The notes beneath the pieces were generated by a model. That model saw only the letters and a program-made list of their open reading frames with translations. It was not told the DNA's origin and did not search any database. Made by a program: the position numbers and the translations under genes. Shown here in pieces: positions 43,401 to 54,743 of a stretch of DNA of 64,000 nucleotides. Numbering within the stretch: position 1 is the stretch's first letter; each line of letters opens with the position of its first letter. The stretch covers positions 1,024,001 to 1,088,000 of the forward strand of contig CAWGMQ010000008.1 in NCBI GenBank assembly GCA_963823665.1. Direction: 5' to 3'. Origin of the DNA: an uncultured Planctomycetota bacterium. GTDB taxonomy: Bacteria > Planctomycetota > Planctomycetia > Isosphaerales > Isosphaeraceae.

Positions 43401-43849
43401 CCGAAGGGCTCACCTTCGCCCAGATGTGCGCCAGCCGTAAGCTTTATGCCGCGTCGGCGAAGCTCTACGCCGAGGTGCTTGACGCCGAGCCGACGATGAC
43501 CAACGACCGGCAGGCTCAGCACCGCTATCACGCCGCGTGCGCGGCTGCGCTTGCCGGCAGCGGTGAAGGAAACGACGACCCTCCGCCCGACCCGGCCGCG
43601 CGGGCCAAGCTCCGCGGGCAGGCGCTCGGCTGGCTCAAGGCGGAGCTGGCCGCGTGGACCAAGTCGCTGGAAGGCGGCGGGCCCGAAGCTCGTGCGGCGG
43701 TGCGGCGAGTGCTGTTACACTGGAAAGTTGACCCCGCGCTGTGCGGCGTGGGCGACGAGGCTGGGCTGGCGAAAGTGCCTGAGGCGGAACGCAACGACTG
43801 GCGGGCGGTTTGGTCGGACGCCGAGAGCCTCGTGAAGAAGGCTGAGTGA
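40498..43849 (+). CDS. Ser/Thr kinase-like TM-TPR protein lacking kinase subdomains IV-VIII (pseudokinase); frameshift near 40745
   Basis: CPECG N-terminus. GEIARGGMG, LAVKVL, RFIEE, QHPGVVPV joined directly to LDERADVFALG. TM segment, TPR array and C-terminal RYHAACAAALAG...QALGWL. Confidence 0.85.
42518..43231 (+). repeat. TPR-encoding tandem repeat, seven units at exact 102-bp period
   Basis: CAGGGNAAG-type anchor at 42518, 42620, 42722, 42824, 42926, 43028 and 43130 (GAG variant). Confidence 0.9.
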
Positions 43850-43862
43850 GCCAGGTGACGAT

Positions 43863-45131
43863 TCAAATCCAGCGCGGATGATCCGCCCCGAGATTGTCAA
43901 GCCCTCGGGTGATGAGGCAAGGGTGTTTACCGTCTGCCTCCGTGACCCAGATCGCGGGTGCTCCGCCGGTTTTCGCACGACAGAACGCGACTTGTTTGCC
44001 GTCTGGGGATTCACTCGCGCGGAAATCCCAGAGTGGCGGATCGCTCTGCGTCAGGGATGTGAGACGTCCGTCACGCGGGTCGAGCCGGCAGATCTCGGTG
44101 CCGCCTCGGGCGAGCTCGGGCTTGAAGTCGCGATTGAAGTGGTCGACGTCAGGGCGCTGTGGTTGGTATTCCCAGGGGACCTTGGAACCAGGCAAGCGAC
44201 GCGGAAACAGGATGCAACCGTCACGGGTCCACGAGGGCACGTTCGACCCACCGCCCGGCGTCTTCGGGTCACCGTAGGTAGCCGCAAACCACATGGACTT
44301 GCCGTTCGTCAGCACGCGGCGCTCGCTGGCATCGGCGCGACCGACGCAAACGTCGGCCCAGTCATGCCCAGGTTCTTCGGCGGGCTGGCAATCGACGTAA
44401 AGGACCCAGCGGCCGTCCGGAGACCAGCTCGTGCCGAAGTAGAGGTGGCCCGGTTTCGCGGCGATGCAGACCCGGTTCAAACCGTCCGTGTCGCTGGTCC
44501 AGACCTGGTAACCCTGCGGACTCGCGAGATGGAAGGCAACCCGGTTGCCGTCTGGACTCTGGCTCAGGCCATATGGGAGGCCTTCGCCGGCGTGTGTGAG
44601 CTCGCGAGGGTCGGAGCCGTCGAGGCGGACGCTGAAGATCTGGCCGATGTTCTTGCGCACAACTTGCACGAGGAGCCGGTCGGATCGACTCAGCAGAAGC
44701 GCTGGGGTCTCGAATGGTGCAAGGCGGTCCTTGGTGCAAATCTCCTGTAGGGAACCGTCCTCGAGGTCGTGAATCCAGAGGTGCGTCGGGGTCTGCGTGT
44801 AATATTCGCTGAACGGCCGCCCCGGGCCGTCGCGCCGCGGCTCCATGCTCAGAAAGAGGATGCGATGGCCGTCGGGAAAAACAGCACCGGGCTGCCACGT
44901 AGCCTGGCCGGGCTTGTCGAACTGCAGGTAGCGCAGGCCGCTCCCGTCGGCGTTCACGAGGGCTGTCTTGCCCTGCGACGTGAAAAGGAGTCGATTCGGC
45001 CGTGGTGCGTCGGAACTCCGGGCCGTGTCTCGTGGTCCTCGAGAGAACGCGGCGAGAACAGGCATGAGGGCCGCCGAGGCAAGGAATTGCCGACGACCTT
45101 TCAGGCCACGGCGCTGATTGTATTCGTGCAT
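43863..45131 (-). CDS. TolB-like/PD40 beta-propeller protein with Tat signal
   Basis: GRRQFL twin-arginine motif. Repeats FPDGHRI, SPDGNRVAF, WSPDGRWVLY, SPDGKQVAF. Confidence 0.85.
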   Translation of the reverse strand: MHEYNQRRGLKGRRQFLASAALMPVLAAFSRGPRDTARSSDAPRPNRLLFTSQGKTALVNADGSGLRYLQFDKPGQATWQPGAVFPDGHRILFLSMEPRRDGPGRPFSEYYTQTPTHLWIHDLEDGSLQEICTKDRLAPFETPALLLSRSDRLLVQVVRKNIGQIFSVRLDGSDPRELTHAGEGLPYGLSQSPDGNRVAFHLASPQGYQVWTSDTDGLNRVCIAAKPGHLYFGTSWSPDGRWVLYVDCQPAEEPGHDWADVCVGRADASERRVLTNGKSMWFAATYGDPKTPGGGSNVPSWTRDGCILFPRRLPGSKVPWEYQPQRPDVDHFNRDFKPELARGGTEICRLDPRDGRLTSLTQSDPPLWDFRASESPDGKQVAFCRAKTGGAPAIWVTEADGKHPCLITRGLDNLGADHPRWI

Positions 45132-45814
45132 CAAACGGTCTCCGGCAGAGTCCAGGCTTTGTCGCGGGCGGGTGGGGGTTTCGAGGAGTTGATGTCCATC
45201 GAAACCTGGATTTGGCACCCGGTCAAGCATTGCGCGGGAGACCGAGATGCGGCCGAACGGATCCGGGGGATCCGTCAGGATGCCACCGTGCGTCGCGGAT
45301 GAGGCCAGCCAGTCGCCGATGATCACCTGTGTTGATCATTGGAGGGTGACACCGACGGCGTGAAACCGAATGGTCCGCCGGTGCCAACAGGCGTCGAAGC
45401 GCACCCATGCCCGCCCGGCGCGCGCAGGGCTGCGAATCAGAGCGCGAATACCGGCCGAATCGTTAGAATGCGAAGCCGGGCCAGAAATATATTTATCATT
45501 GCGATTTTATCCGTTGCCGATCTCGGTTTCATGTCGCATATTAATAACAAGGGGAGACTCTGCGCTGTCGCTCGCGGCGGACGCAGCCTCACTCTCTTCC
45601 CGACGACCCTTGCTCTGGTTCTGTGCTGAACCGGGGATCTGGCTCCGAAGCCGCTGAAGGTGAAGTGAATGCTCGCTTTTGATCACAACTGTTCCTCTCA
45701 TATGACAACAAGCGTCGATTTCAATTCGAATTGGTCCTCGCGGCGAACGTGCGACGCAAGGCCTCGCCGCGGGCTGAGAAACTCGATTGGGAGAGAGGAG
45801 GATTTTTAGAATTC

Positions 45815-45844
45815 GTACTATCCAGTACCATTTCGTACCATTTC
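45815..45844. repeat. Three 10-bp phased direct repeats (GTACTATCCA GTACCATTTC GTACCATTTC)
   Basis: Read directly in the intergenic region between divergent genes. Confidence 0.7.
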
Positions 45845-45877
45845 TTGGGGAAGCGTCGCCGTATCCGGAGGGAGATC

Positions 45878-46049
45878 GTCGGGCTGTAGCCTGACCTACG
45901 CGAGGAAATCGTCAGGCGAAAGCCTGACCTACTCCAGGGGGCGAGGGAGAGTGTCAGGCCAAAGCCTGACCTACTTCAGGCATTTGCGTCCAGCGCGGCG
46001 CGAGCCGGTGCGGAATGTGGGGGGATTGTCAGGCAAAAGCCTGACCTAC
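45878..46049 (-). repeat. Cluster of four 22-bp GTAG-type REP elements (GTAG-GTCAGGC-N4-GCCTGAC)
   Basis: Copies at 45878-45899 (one mismatch), 45911-45932, 45953-45974 and 46028-46049. Same orientation, variable 4-nt loop. Confidence 0.85.
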
Positions 46050-46076
46050 TCCAGGCGCGAGCTGGTGCGGAATGTG

Positions 46077-46216
46077 ACGAACGAACCCAATTCGATTCAG
46101 GTGGCTGGAAATGCGTAACTTGGAATTAGAGTGAAGGTTGGATCACGAAAATACCCGTGAACTGTGACTTGACAACGTGGCTGAATTTAACGAACGAACC
46201 CAACGAACGAACCCAA
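46077..46216 (+). repeat. Three copies of ACGAACGAACCCAA
   Basis: At 46077-46090, 46190-46203 and 46203-46216. Confidence 0.8.
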
Positions 46217-46353
46217 CTGCGGCAGGCAAGCCGCACGGGCGACCTGGCGATTGCCAGATTGGCGATGGCCGCGGCATGATGGGGGGTGCCCAATCGCGCG
46301 ATGAGCAGCCCCCTTCCCGGAGGGCGCATCCAACACCAGAGCGGATTCCATCG

Positions 46354-48371
46354 ATGACTCAGAAGCCTTCCACCGACATGTCAGAAGCTCGAGCGGGTTC
46401 TGCCGGCGAGATTCACTCGCTGCTCGACTCGGACGATCCATCGGTTTACGCGGTGACCACCAAGGCCGAGGGGCCGGTGGGGCGCTGCCGCTCTCGGACG
46501 AGATGCTGCGCGAATGGCCGTCGGGCGATTTGTTCGGGCTGGTTCAGAATGCCGGCATGGGTTGGACGCCAGCCGAAGTCGCTCGCGATCCATTTCTCAT
46601 TCTGAGCACGCAAGGCGGCCTGCGGGCCCCGGACGGGCAGCCGATTGCGCTGGGATATCACACGGGCCACTGGGAAGTCGGCATCCTCGTGGAAGAGGCG
46701 GCCCTGGAGCTGAAACGACTGGGCAAGGCGCCGTTTGCGGGCATGGTCTCAGATCCATGCGATGGGCGAACGCAAGGAACGGCCGGAATGATGGACAGCC
46801 TGCCGTATCGCAACGACGCGGCCATCGTTTTCCGCCGGTTGATCCGCTCGTTGCCGCGGCGCAGGGGCGTGCTGGGAATCGCCACATGCGACAAGGGCCT
46901 GCCGGCGATGATGATGGCGCTGGCGGGCTCAAAGCAGATCGCCGGCGTGCTCATGCCCGGCGGTGTGACTCTTCCGCCAAAGGACGGAGAAGACGCAGGC
47001 AAGATTCAATCGATCGGTGCACGGTACGCACACGGTGAGATCAGCCTGCTCGAAGCCGCCGAGATGGGCTGCCGGGCATGTGCGTCGCCGGGCGGAGGCT
47101 GTCAGTTTCTCGGGACGGCCGCCACGTCTCAGGTGGTTGCCGAAGCGCTGGGTATCACGGTTCCGCATGCGGCGCTGGCGCCATCGGGTCAGCCGATCTG
47201 GCGCGACCTGGCGCGGCGATCGGCTCGCGCGCTGGTGAACCTCGCTGCCGGAGGGCGAACGCTCGGCGACGTTGTTACGGACGCAGCCGTTCGCAACGCG
47301 ATGGTCGTGCACGCGGCATTCGGCGGCTCGACCAACCTCTTGCTGCACATTCCGGCCATCGCGTTCGCGGCGGGGCTGCGCCGGCCCACTGTGGACGACT
47401 GGCACGAGGTCAATCTGCGCGTGCCCCGGCTGGTGAGCGTGCTTCCCAACGGGCCATTTTATCATCCGACGGTGCGGGCTTATCTCGCTGGCGGTGTGCC
47501 CGAAGTGATGCTGCACTTGAGGTCGCTCGATCTGCTCGATCTCTCGGTCATGACGGTTACAGGAGAGCCTCTGGAGCGAGTGCTCGCGTGGTGGGAAAAG
47601 AGCGAGCGGCGCAAGGCGCTGCGCGACCGGTTATTCGAGCAGGATAGCGTGAGTCCCGATGATGTGATCATGAGTCCGGGCCGTGCGCGCGAGCTTGGGT
47701 TGACGAGCACGGTGACTTTTCCGCGGGGCAACCTGGCGCCCGAAGGCTCTGTGATCAAGAGCACGGCGATCGATCCGAGCGTCGTCGACCCGGACGGAGT
47801 TTATCGCAAGGTTGGGCCGGCGCGGGTTTTCACGCGCGAGCGCGAGGCGATTGCGGCGATCAAGGGGCAGGGTGAGAAGCCTATTCGCCCGGGCGATGTG
47901 CTGGTCTTGATCGGCCGCGGACCTTCGGGCGCGGGGATGGAGGAGATTTATCAGATCACGGCGGCCTTGCGCTATCTTTCGTTCGGCAAGCACGTGGCGG
48001 TGCTCACCGACGCGCGATTCTCGGGAGTTTCGACGGGCGCGTGCATCGGCCATATCAGCCCGGAGGCGCTGGCGGGCGGCCCGATCGCCAAGGTAAGGGA
48101 TGGGGATTCGATCCGAATCGTTGTCGACCGCGTCAAGCTCGAGGGAACGCTCGATCTTATCGGCGCAGATGGCGCGACTCTTGAGCCCGCGGAAGCCGCG
48201 CGGTTACTCAAGCGCCGGAGTGCCCACCCGCAGCTTTCGAGCGATCCCGACCTGCCCGATGACACGCGGCTCTGGGCGGCACTTCAGAATGTCGGCGGTG
48301 GAACCTGGGGCGGGTGTGTTTATGATACGGATGCAATTATCACAGCAGTGAGAGCGGGGATGAAGAAATGA
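46354..48371 (+). CDS. yagF: YjhG/YagF family D-xylonate dehydratase (IlvD/Edd family; frameshift near 46480)
   Basis: [70 protein letters not shown]. Confidence 0.92.
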
Positions 48372-50271
48372 ACGGGCAGGAAAGGCTGGATGCAGAGAAG
48401 GGTCAAACGGTGATGACGGTCTCACGCTCGATCCTGTTGCTCGCGGCACTGACATTCGCACTGAGCCTGTCTCCGACCAGAGTTGCATCGGCTGAGGATG
48501 TCCTCGTTTTCGACCGAGTGCGCGTCTTTGACGGAGTGCAGGTGATCCCGAGCACGACAGTGATTGTGCGTGACGGGTTCATTTCGGCCGTCGCGGCCGA
48601 CGCCTCGGTGCCCGCGGGTGCCACAGTGATCAACGGCCGCGGCAAGACGCTCATCCCGGGGCTGATCGATGCGCACACCCACACGTTTGCGCCCGAGCAC
48701 CTTCGCGCTGCGATTATGTTCGGTGTGACAACCGAGCTGGATATGTTTACACTCGCGTCATTCGCGGCTGCCCGGCGATCGGAGCAATCGACGAGCAAAG
48801 CGGACGGCCGCGCCGACCTCTTCTCTGCCGGCACGCTCGTTACCGCGCCCGGCGGCCACGGCACCGAGTACGGGTTTCCGATACCGACGATCACGAGCGC
48901 CGATCACGCCGGTGAATTCGTGGCGGCGCGAATCGCCGAGGGATCGGATTACATCAAGATTGTCTACGATGACGGTTCAGAAATCGGCCTGCCCTGGAAA
49001 ACGATCGACGAGCTTACCCTGGCTGCGGTCATTCGCGCGGCGCGGGATCGCAAGAAGCTGGCGGTGGTGCACGTGCTAGCCCGGGAATTCGCGCGACGGG
49101 CGATCGCACACGGTGCCGACGGGCTGGTCCACCTGTTCGTCGACCAGCCGGTTGATGACGCGTTCGTGCGTCTGGCCGTCGAGCGCAAGGTGTTTGTAAT
49201 CCCCACGCTCACCGTGCTTGAAAGTGTCAACCGAGATGGCGGTGGAGCACGCCTGGCCAGCGACGCGGCATTGGCCCCGTTCCTGATGCCGGAAGACGCT
49301 CGAGCGCTGCGATCGCGCTTCCCCGGAAACCCTTCATCGCCGGAGGTGCAAAAGATCCCTGCCGAGACGGTAAGAGCACTCAAGTCCGCGGGAGTACCCA
49401 TCCTGGCGGGCACCGATTGCGGCAACCCGGGCACCGCACACGGCGCAAGCCTTCATAGAGAACTCGCGCTACTGGTTAGCGCCGGGTTGACGCCCGTGGA
49501 AGCACTGGGCGCCGCAACCGGCGCAACGGCGAAGGCTTTCGGGCTGTCGGACCGCGGCAGGATTGCCACGGGCCAGCGCCGGATCTCGTGCTCGTGAGCG
49601 GAGACCCGACCGTGGACATCACGGCGACCCGGCAGATCGCCGGGGTGTGGAAGCGCGGTCGTGCGATCGACCGCGACGCCTATCGCCGACAGGTTCAGCT
49701 CCAGTTCGAGGCAGCGGCGAAGCTAAAGACAGCACCCGCACCGCCCGGATCAGAGGCGGGGTTGATCAGCGACTTCGAGGGCAAGGACGCCGCGACCAAG
49801 GCTGCCTTCGGCGCCGGCTGGATGCGTTCCACAGACGCGATGCGCGGGGGCAAATCAAAGGTGGAGACCGCCGTCTGCGCGGGCGGAGCCAACGGTTCGG
49901 CGCACGCTCTGAAGATCAAGGGGACAATCGACGCCAATCCGGGCCAGCACTGGGCGGGAGTCTTGTTCTCGCCGGGTGCAGCGCCGATGAGCGCGGCCAA
50001 CCTCTCGGGAAAGTCAGGGATCTCGTTCTTTGCCAAAGGCGACGGTCGTCGGGCCTCTGTGATGGTATTCAGCCAGACCCGCGGTTTCGTGCCGGCCATC
50101 GTGACGTTCCCGACAACGGGCGAGTGGAAGCAGATCCGGTTCGCGTGGAAAGACTTCGACGATCTGGACGGCACCGCTTCGCTCGGTATTTTCTTCGGCG
50201 GCGGCGATCTACCGGGCCCATTCGAGCTTCAGATCGACGAGGTGCGACTCGAGGCCGCCGAGGTGAAATAA
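48368..50271 (+). CDS. Amidohydrolase with C-terminal CIA30-like domain (frameshift near 49580)
   Basis: [29 protein letters not shown] 49588..50271 continues DLVLVSGDP and then ISDFE...[10 protein letters not shown]. Confidence 0.88.
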
Positions 50272-50347
50272 GCGAGGCAACTGTGATGGACGGCCCGGTC
50301 CAGCCTCCGATACGCGTCCAGAGAGCAATCACGAAGGGCGGCCCGCG

Positions 50348-51214
50348 TCACCACGCGAGCTTTGGTGGGAAGAATTCAGAGATCAAGTCTTCGTAGAACG
50401 GACGGAGCTTATCGACGTCGGGCGGCTCGTGGCCCTTGGAGTAGAGGTCGAAGGGGTTGAACGCTCGCACCCATTCCATGCGGCGCTCGTCTGCCTCATT
50501 CATCAAGTGTGCGTATGCATTCTCTCGGTGGACAGGATAGGCGGAGTGATAGCGGATCATCGCCAGCCCCCCTTCAGGTAGATGATCCTTGACGATGTGA
50601 TAAAGGTATTCGTCATGCCCCCAGGACAGGTACACATGATCGAGGCCACAGCCGGGCTCATAAATGCCACACTCGGTTTGATAGCGGGCCACGTGTGCAT
50701 CGGGGTTATCGGCGAAGAATTCCGGGAAGACGATTCTTTCCGAATAGCGGCATCCGACGGGAAACGTGTCGCCGACGACGGCCCATTGCGGCTCGCCGAA
50801 GAGGCAGAGGATTTTGCCGAGGTCGTGGATCAAGCCGGTGAGGATGAACCAGCGGGGGTGGCCGGCGGCCCGAATCGCCTCGGCGGTTTGCATCAAGTGT
50901 TCGATCTGAGTCAGGCTGGTGTCGGGATCGCTGTCGTCGACCAACGTGTTGAGAAATTCCATCGCCTCCCAGATTCCCATTCTACGATGGTTCAGACCGA
51001 GGTACTCGTTTCTCTTCGATTTGACGAAATCAAGGGTCTGGAAGCGGTGATTGAGCCGGTAGAACTCGCGGACGGACGGGCGGACAGTCGTGCCATAGTC
51101 GCGAAACGACGCCTTCGCGCCGGGTGCGGGATATCGGTCGCGTAGAAAGTCTTCCCACTCATCGAGATCGGGCAAGGGATTCGATTCGGGATCTACGGGG
51201 GTGTCGTGTGCCAT
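50348..51214 (-). CDS. Myo-inositol oxygenase (MIOX family)
   Basis: [55 protein letters not shown]. Confidence 0.95.
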   Translation of the reverse strand: MAHDTPVDPESNPLPDLDEWEDFLRDRYPAPGAKASFRDYGTTVRPSVREFYRLNHRFQTLDFVKSKRNEYLGLNHRRMGIWEAMEFLNTLVDDSDPDTSLTQIEHLMQTAEAIRAAGHPRWFILTGLIHDLGKILCLFGEPQWAVVGDTFPVGCRYSERIVFPEFFADNPDAHVARYQTECGIYEPGCGLDHVYLSWGHDEYLYHIVKDHLPEGGLAMIRYHSAYPVHRENAYAHLMNEADERRMEWVRAFNPFDLYSKGHEPPDVDKLRPFYEDLISEFFPPKLAW

Positions 51215-51379
51215 GGCTGAATGGTCTCCCACGCGAAGGCGACCGTGGTCACGTTCCTTTATGATCCGCGGCGCACGTCCCAGTGAGTGTAATCTTCTCG
51301 CGCAAATCGCACCAGTTTGTTCGATTCTTGGTAGAATCAATCGCTTGAAATTCTCTGTCCAATCACTCTGGTCGAGGAT

Positions 51380-51805
51380 TTGATCGACGTGCACAGCCCT
51401 GCCGAGATCTTACCGTTCCTGTCGGCCCTTAAATGGAACGACGAGGGACTCATTCCGGCGATTGTCCAGGATGCGGAGAATGGGGATGTGTTGATGATGG
51501 CCTGGATGGATGAGCCTGCGCTTTTGGACACGATCACGACGGGGCAGACTCATTTTTACTCACGTTCGCGGCGTGCGCACTGGCACAAGGGGGCGACGTC
51601 GGGCCACACGCAGCAAGTCGAGTCGGTCTGGCTCGATTGCGACGGCGACGTGCTTTTGATCAAGGCGCGGCAGTCCGGAGGTGCGTGCCACGAAGGATAC
51701 CGTTCGTGCTTTTTCCGGCGCGTCGGGGATTCGGGAGTCATTCTGGTGGCTGCCGAGCCGGTCTTCGATGCGGCGAAAGTCTATGGTTCTTCATCCAACG
51801 ATTGA
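51380..51805 (+). CDS. hisI: Phosphoribosyl-AMP cyclohydrolase
   Basis: [21 protein letters not shown]...[23 protein letters not shown]. Confidence 0.96.
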   Translation: MIDVHSPAEILPFLSALKWNDEGLIPAIVQDAENGDVLMMAWMDEPALLDTITTGQTHFYSRSRRAHWHKGATSGHTQQVESVWLDCDGDVLLIKARQSGGACHEGYRSCFFRRVGDSGVILVAAEPVFDAAKVYGSSSND

Positions 51806-51841
51806 AATCGAATTCGCGAAATTACTGGAAGGAAACCGCAC

Positions 51842-53000
51842 ATGCGTAAGCCGAGGTTGATGACACCAGGACCGGCGATGGTTCCCGAGGACGTGCTGCT
51901 CGAGCTGGCTCGCCCGGTGATTCACCACCGGTCGAATGAGTTCAAGCAGGTTTTGACGGAGGTCGCCGCCGGTCTCAAGGAGGTGTTCCAAACGCAGAAC
52001 GATGTGCTGATCTTGACGGCGTCTGGAACCGGGGCGATGGAAGCGGCGGTGACGAACGCCGTGCCGCCGGACGGCAAAGCGCTGGTCCTCAATGCCGGCC
52101 ACTTCGCGGCGCGGTGGATCAACTTGTGCAAGGCGTTCCAACTGAAATACGTATCGCTTGAGACGGAGTGGGGGCAACCGGTCGAGCCTGGGCGAGTGGA
52201 AGAGGCTCTGCGGCAGAACCCCGACACTTCGTGTGTCTTCGGCACGCTCAGCGAGAACCTCCACCGGCACGGGCCATCCGATCGAAGCGATTGGGCGAGT
52301 CGTCGCGAAGACCCCGGCGCTCTTTGCGATCGACGGCATTTCGGGAGTCGGGGCGATGGAGTGCCGCACGGACAAGTGGGGAGTCGACCTGCTTTGCGTG
52401 GGGTCTCAGAAGGCGCTCATGATCCCGCCGGGCCTGGCGTTTGTGGCGGTGAGCCCCAAGGCCTGGGCCAGGATTGATTCCTTCGAATCGCCCAGTTACT
52501 ACTTCAACCTCAAGGCTGCCCGGAAGAAGATGAAGGAGTTTGACACACCATATACACCAGCGCATACATTGATTCAGGCGCTTTGCGTGGCGCTGCGACG
52601 GATCAAGGAGGAGGGAATCGAGAATGTCTGGGAGCGTCATCGCCGGATGAGTGAAGCGTGCCAGGCGGGAGTGGTGGCTCTCGGGCTCGAGCTTTTCAGC
52701 TCGCGACCGGCCGAAGGCCTCACTGCATTCTGCGTTCCGGAGGGGCTCAAAGACACGCAGATTCGCAACAAGCTCTCGGAGCGCTTCGGCATAACGACGG
52801 TCGGCGGGCAGGACAAGCTCAAGGGGAAGATCATCCGGATCGGGCACATGGGCTACACGGACGAGATCGACGTGATTGGCACGCTCGCCGCGCTCGAGAT
52901 GACGCTCGGGGAGCTTGGCCTGGAAGTGGAACCGGGCCGGGCGGTGACGGCAGCCCAGCAGGTGCTCATGGGGCAGAGGAGCTCAGTCGGGATCGGCTGA
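51842..53000 (+). CDS. Class V aminotransferase (alanine-glyoxylate/serine-pyruvate family; frameshift near 52258)
   Basis: LMTPGP, HHRS, SGTGAMEAA, DGISG, GSQKALMIPPGL, IRIGHMG. Confidence 0.92.
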
Positions 53001-53084
53001 GCGGGTGGGGATGGGGGATCGGTTTCGTCAGCCCCCTTCGTCAGGAGTGGATGTCGGCAAATCAAACAGGAGTGGAAGAGATTG

Positions 53085-54721
53085 ATGGGAACGCATCGCG
53101 TGCTGGTCACCGACAAGCTGGCTGAAGAGGGGCTCGCGAGCTTCGCGCGGAGCCGGGCATCGAGGTTGTGGTGAACACCAAGCTTGCTCAGGATTCCGCG
53201 GGCCTGCGGCTGGCGCTCGAAACAGCCGATGGGATCGTCATTCGCTCGGGAACGCAGCTCACGGCGGAAATCCTCGAGAATCAGCCGAGGCTCAAGGCCA
53301 TCGTCCGAGCGGGTGTGGGCGTTGACAACATCGACGTTTCAGCGGCCACGCGGCGCGGAATCGTGGTGATGAATACGCCGGGTGGAAATACCATTTCCAC
53401 GGCCGAGCACACGATGGCGCTGCTCTTGTCGCTGGCGCGAAATGTTCCCAGGGCCAATGAGAGCCTCAAGGCGGGGCACTGGGAGCGCACCAAGTTCACC
53501 GGCACGCAGCTCGCGGGCAAGACCCTGGGGATCGTCGGCCTGGGGCGGGTCGGACTGGCCGTGGCCGAGCGTGCGCGTGGATTTGGAATGAAGGTGATCG
53601 GGTTCGACCCGTTCCTGTCGGCCGAGAAGGCCCTCGAGTGCGGCGTGGAGAGCGTTGCTCGACTCGACGACCTGTGGGGTCGGTGCGACTTCATCACGCT
53701 GCACACGCCGCTCACGGCCGAAACGCGGAACGTGGTCGGAGCGCGCGAGATTGCGATGATGAAGCCGTCGGTCCGGATCATCAACTGCGCTCGCGGCGGC
53801 CTGATCGATGAGCCGGCGCTGGCGGAAGCCCTGGAGAACGGCAAGGTGGCCGGTGCGGCGATCGACGTGTTTGATCCCGAGCCGCCGCCGGCGGACCACC
53901 CGCTGATCCGGCTGGGACAGATTGTGGTGACGCCGCATCTGGGTGCCTCGACCGAGGAGGCGCAGATCTCCGTCGCGGTGGAAGCGGCCAAGCTGCTCAT
54001 TGATTTCCTGGCGCGGGGCCAGGTCCGGTTCGCGGTGAACATGCCGGCGCTCGACCGCGCGGAGCTCGAGGATGTTCGCCACGACTTGAATCTCGCCTGG
54101 CGTCTGGGAATGCTCCACGCCCAGATGGATCGGGGCACGCTCAAAAATGCCAAGCTCACGTACCGCGGCGAGGTCGCCCACAAGAATACCAAGCTGATCA
54201 CCGCGAGCTTCGCCGCGGGGCTGATGGCATCAGCGCTCGAAGAGCAGGTGAATCTGGTCAATGCGCTTGCGCTGGCGCGCGAGCGTGGGATCGTGATCGA
54301 GGAACGATCGGCTGAGGCGCCCGGTGATTTCGCCACGCTGATTGAGAGTGAGGTTGCGACCGAGCGGAAATCGTACGTTGCCGCCGGAACACTCTTCGGC
54401 AAGCAGTTCCTCAGGCTGGTGCGACTGGGGACTTATCTGCTTGACGCTCATCTGGACGGCACGCTCCTGGTGTTCACGCACCGGGACCGCCCGGGCCTGA
54501 TCGGCTTCATCGGCTGCACGCTGGGCGATGAAGGGGTCAACATCGCGCAGATGAATGTGGGGCGCGACCAGCCGGGCGGCGAGGCGATCGGGGTTGTCAA
54601 TCTGGACAGTGCTCCGTCTGAAACCGCGCTCGAGACCCTGCGGACGAACGCTCACATCACGAGCCTCTCCGTGATCAAGCTTCCGCCGCAGGGGGCGGTT
54701 CCTGCGTGGCTCGCGTTGTGA
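53085..54721 (+). CDS. serA: D-3-phosphoglycerate dehydrogenase (frameshift near 53140)
   Basis: MGTHRVLVTDKL start, RAGVGVDNID, GLGRVG, INCARGG, TPHLGAST, C-terminal ACT domain (HRDRPG...NIAQM). Confidence 0.95.
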
Positions 54722-54743
54722 CCTGCAAGTGAAGAGTCGCAAT

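Noticed and set aside
45878..46049. Possible mini CRISPR array
   Set aside because: Spacers are 11, 20 and 53 nt and partly repeated. The repeat centre varies, there is a GTAG end typical of REPs, and no cas genes are in the window.
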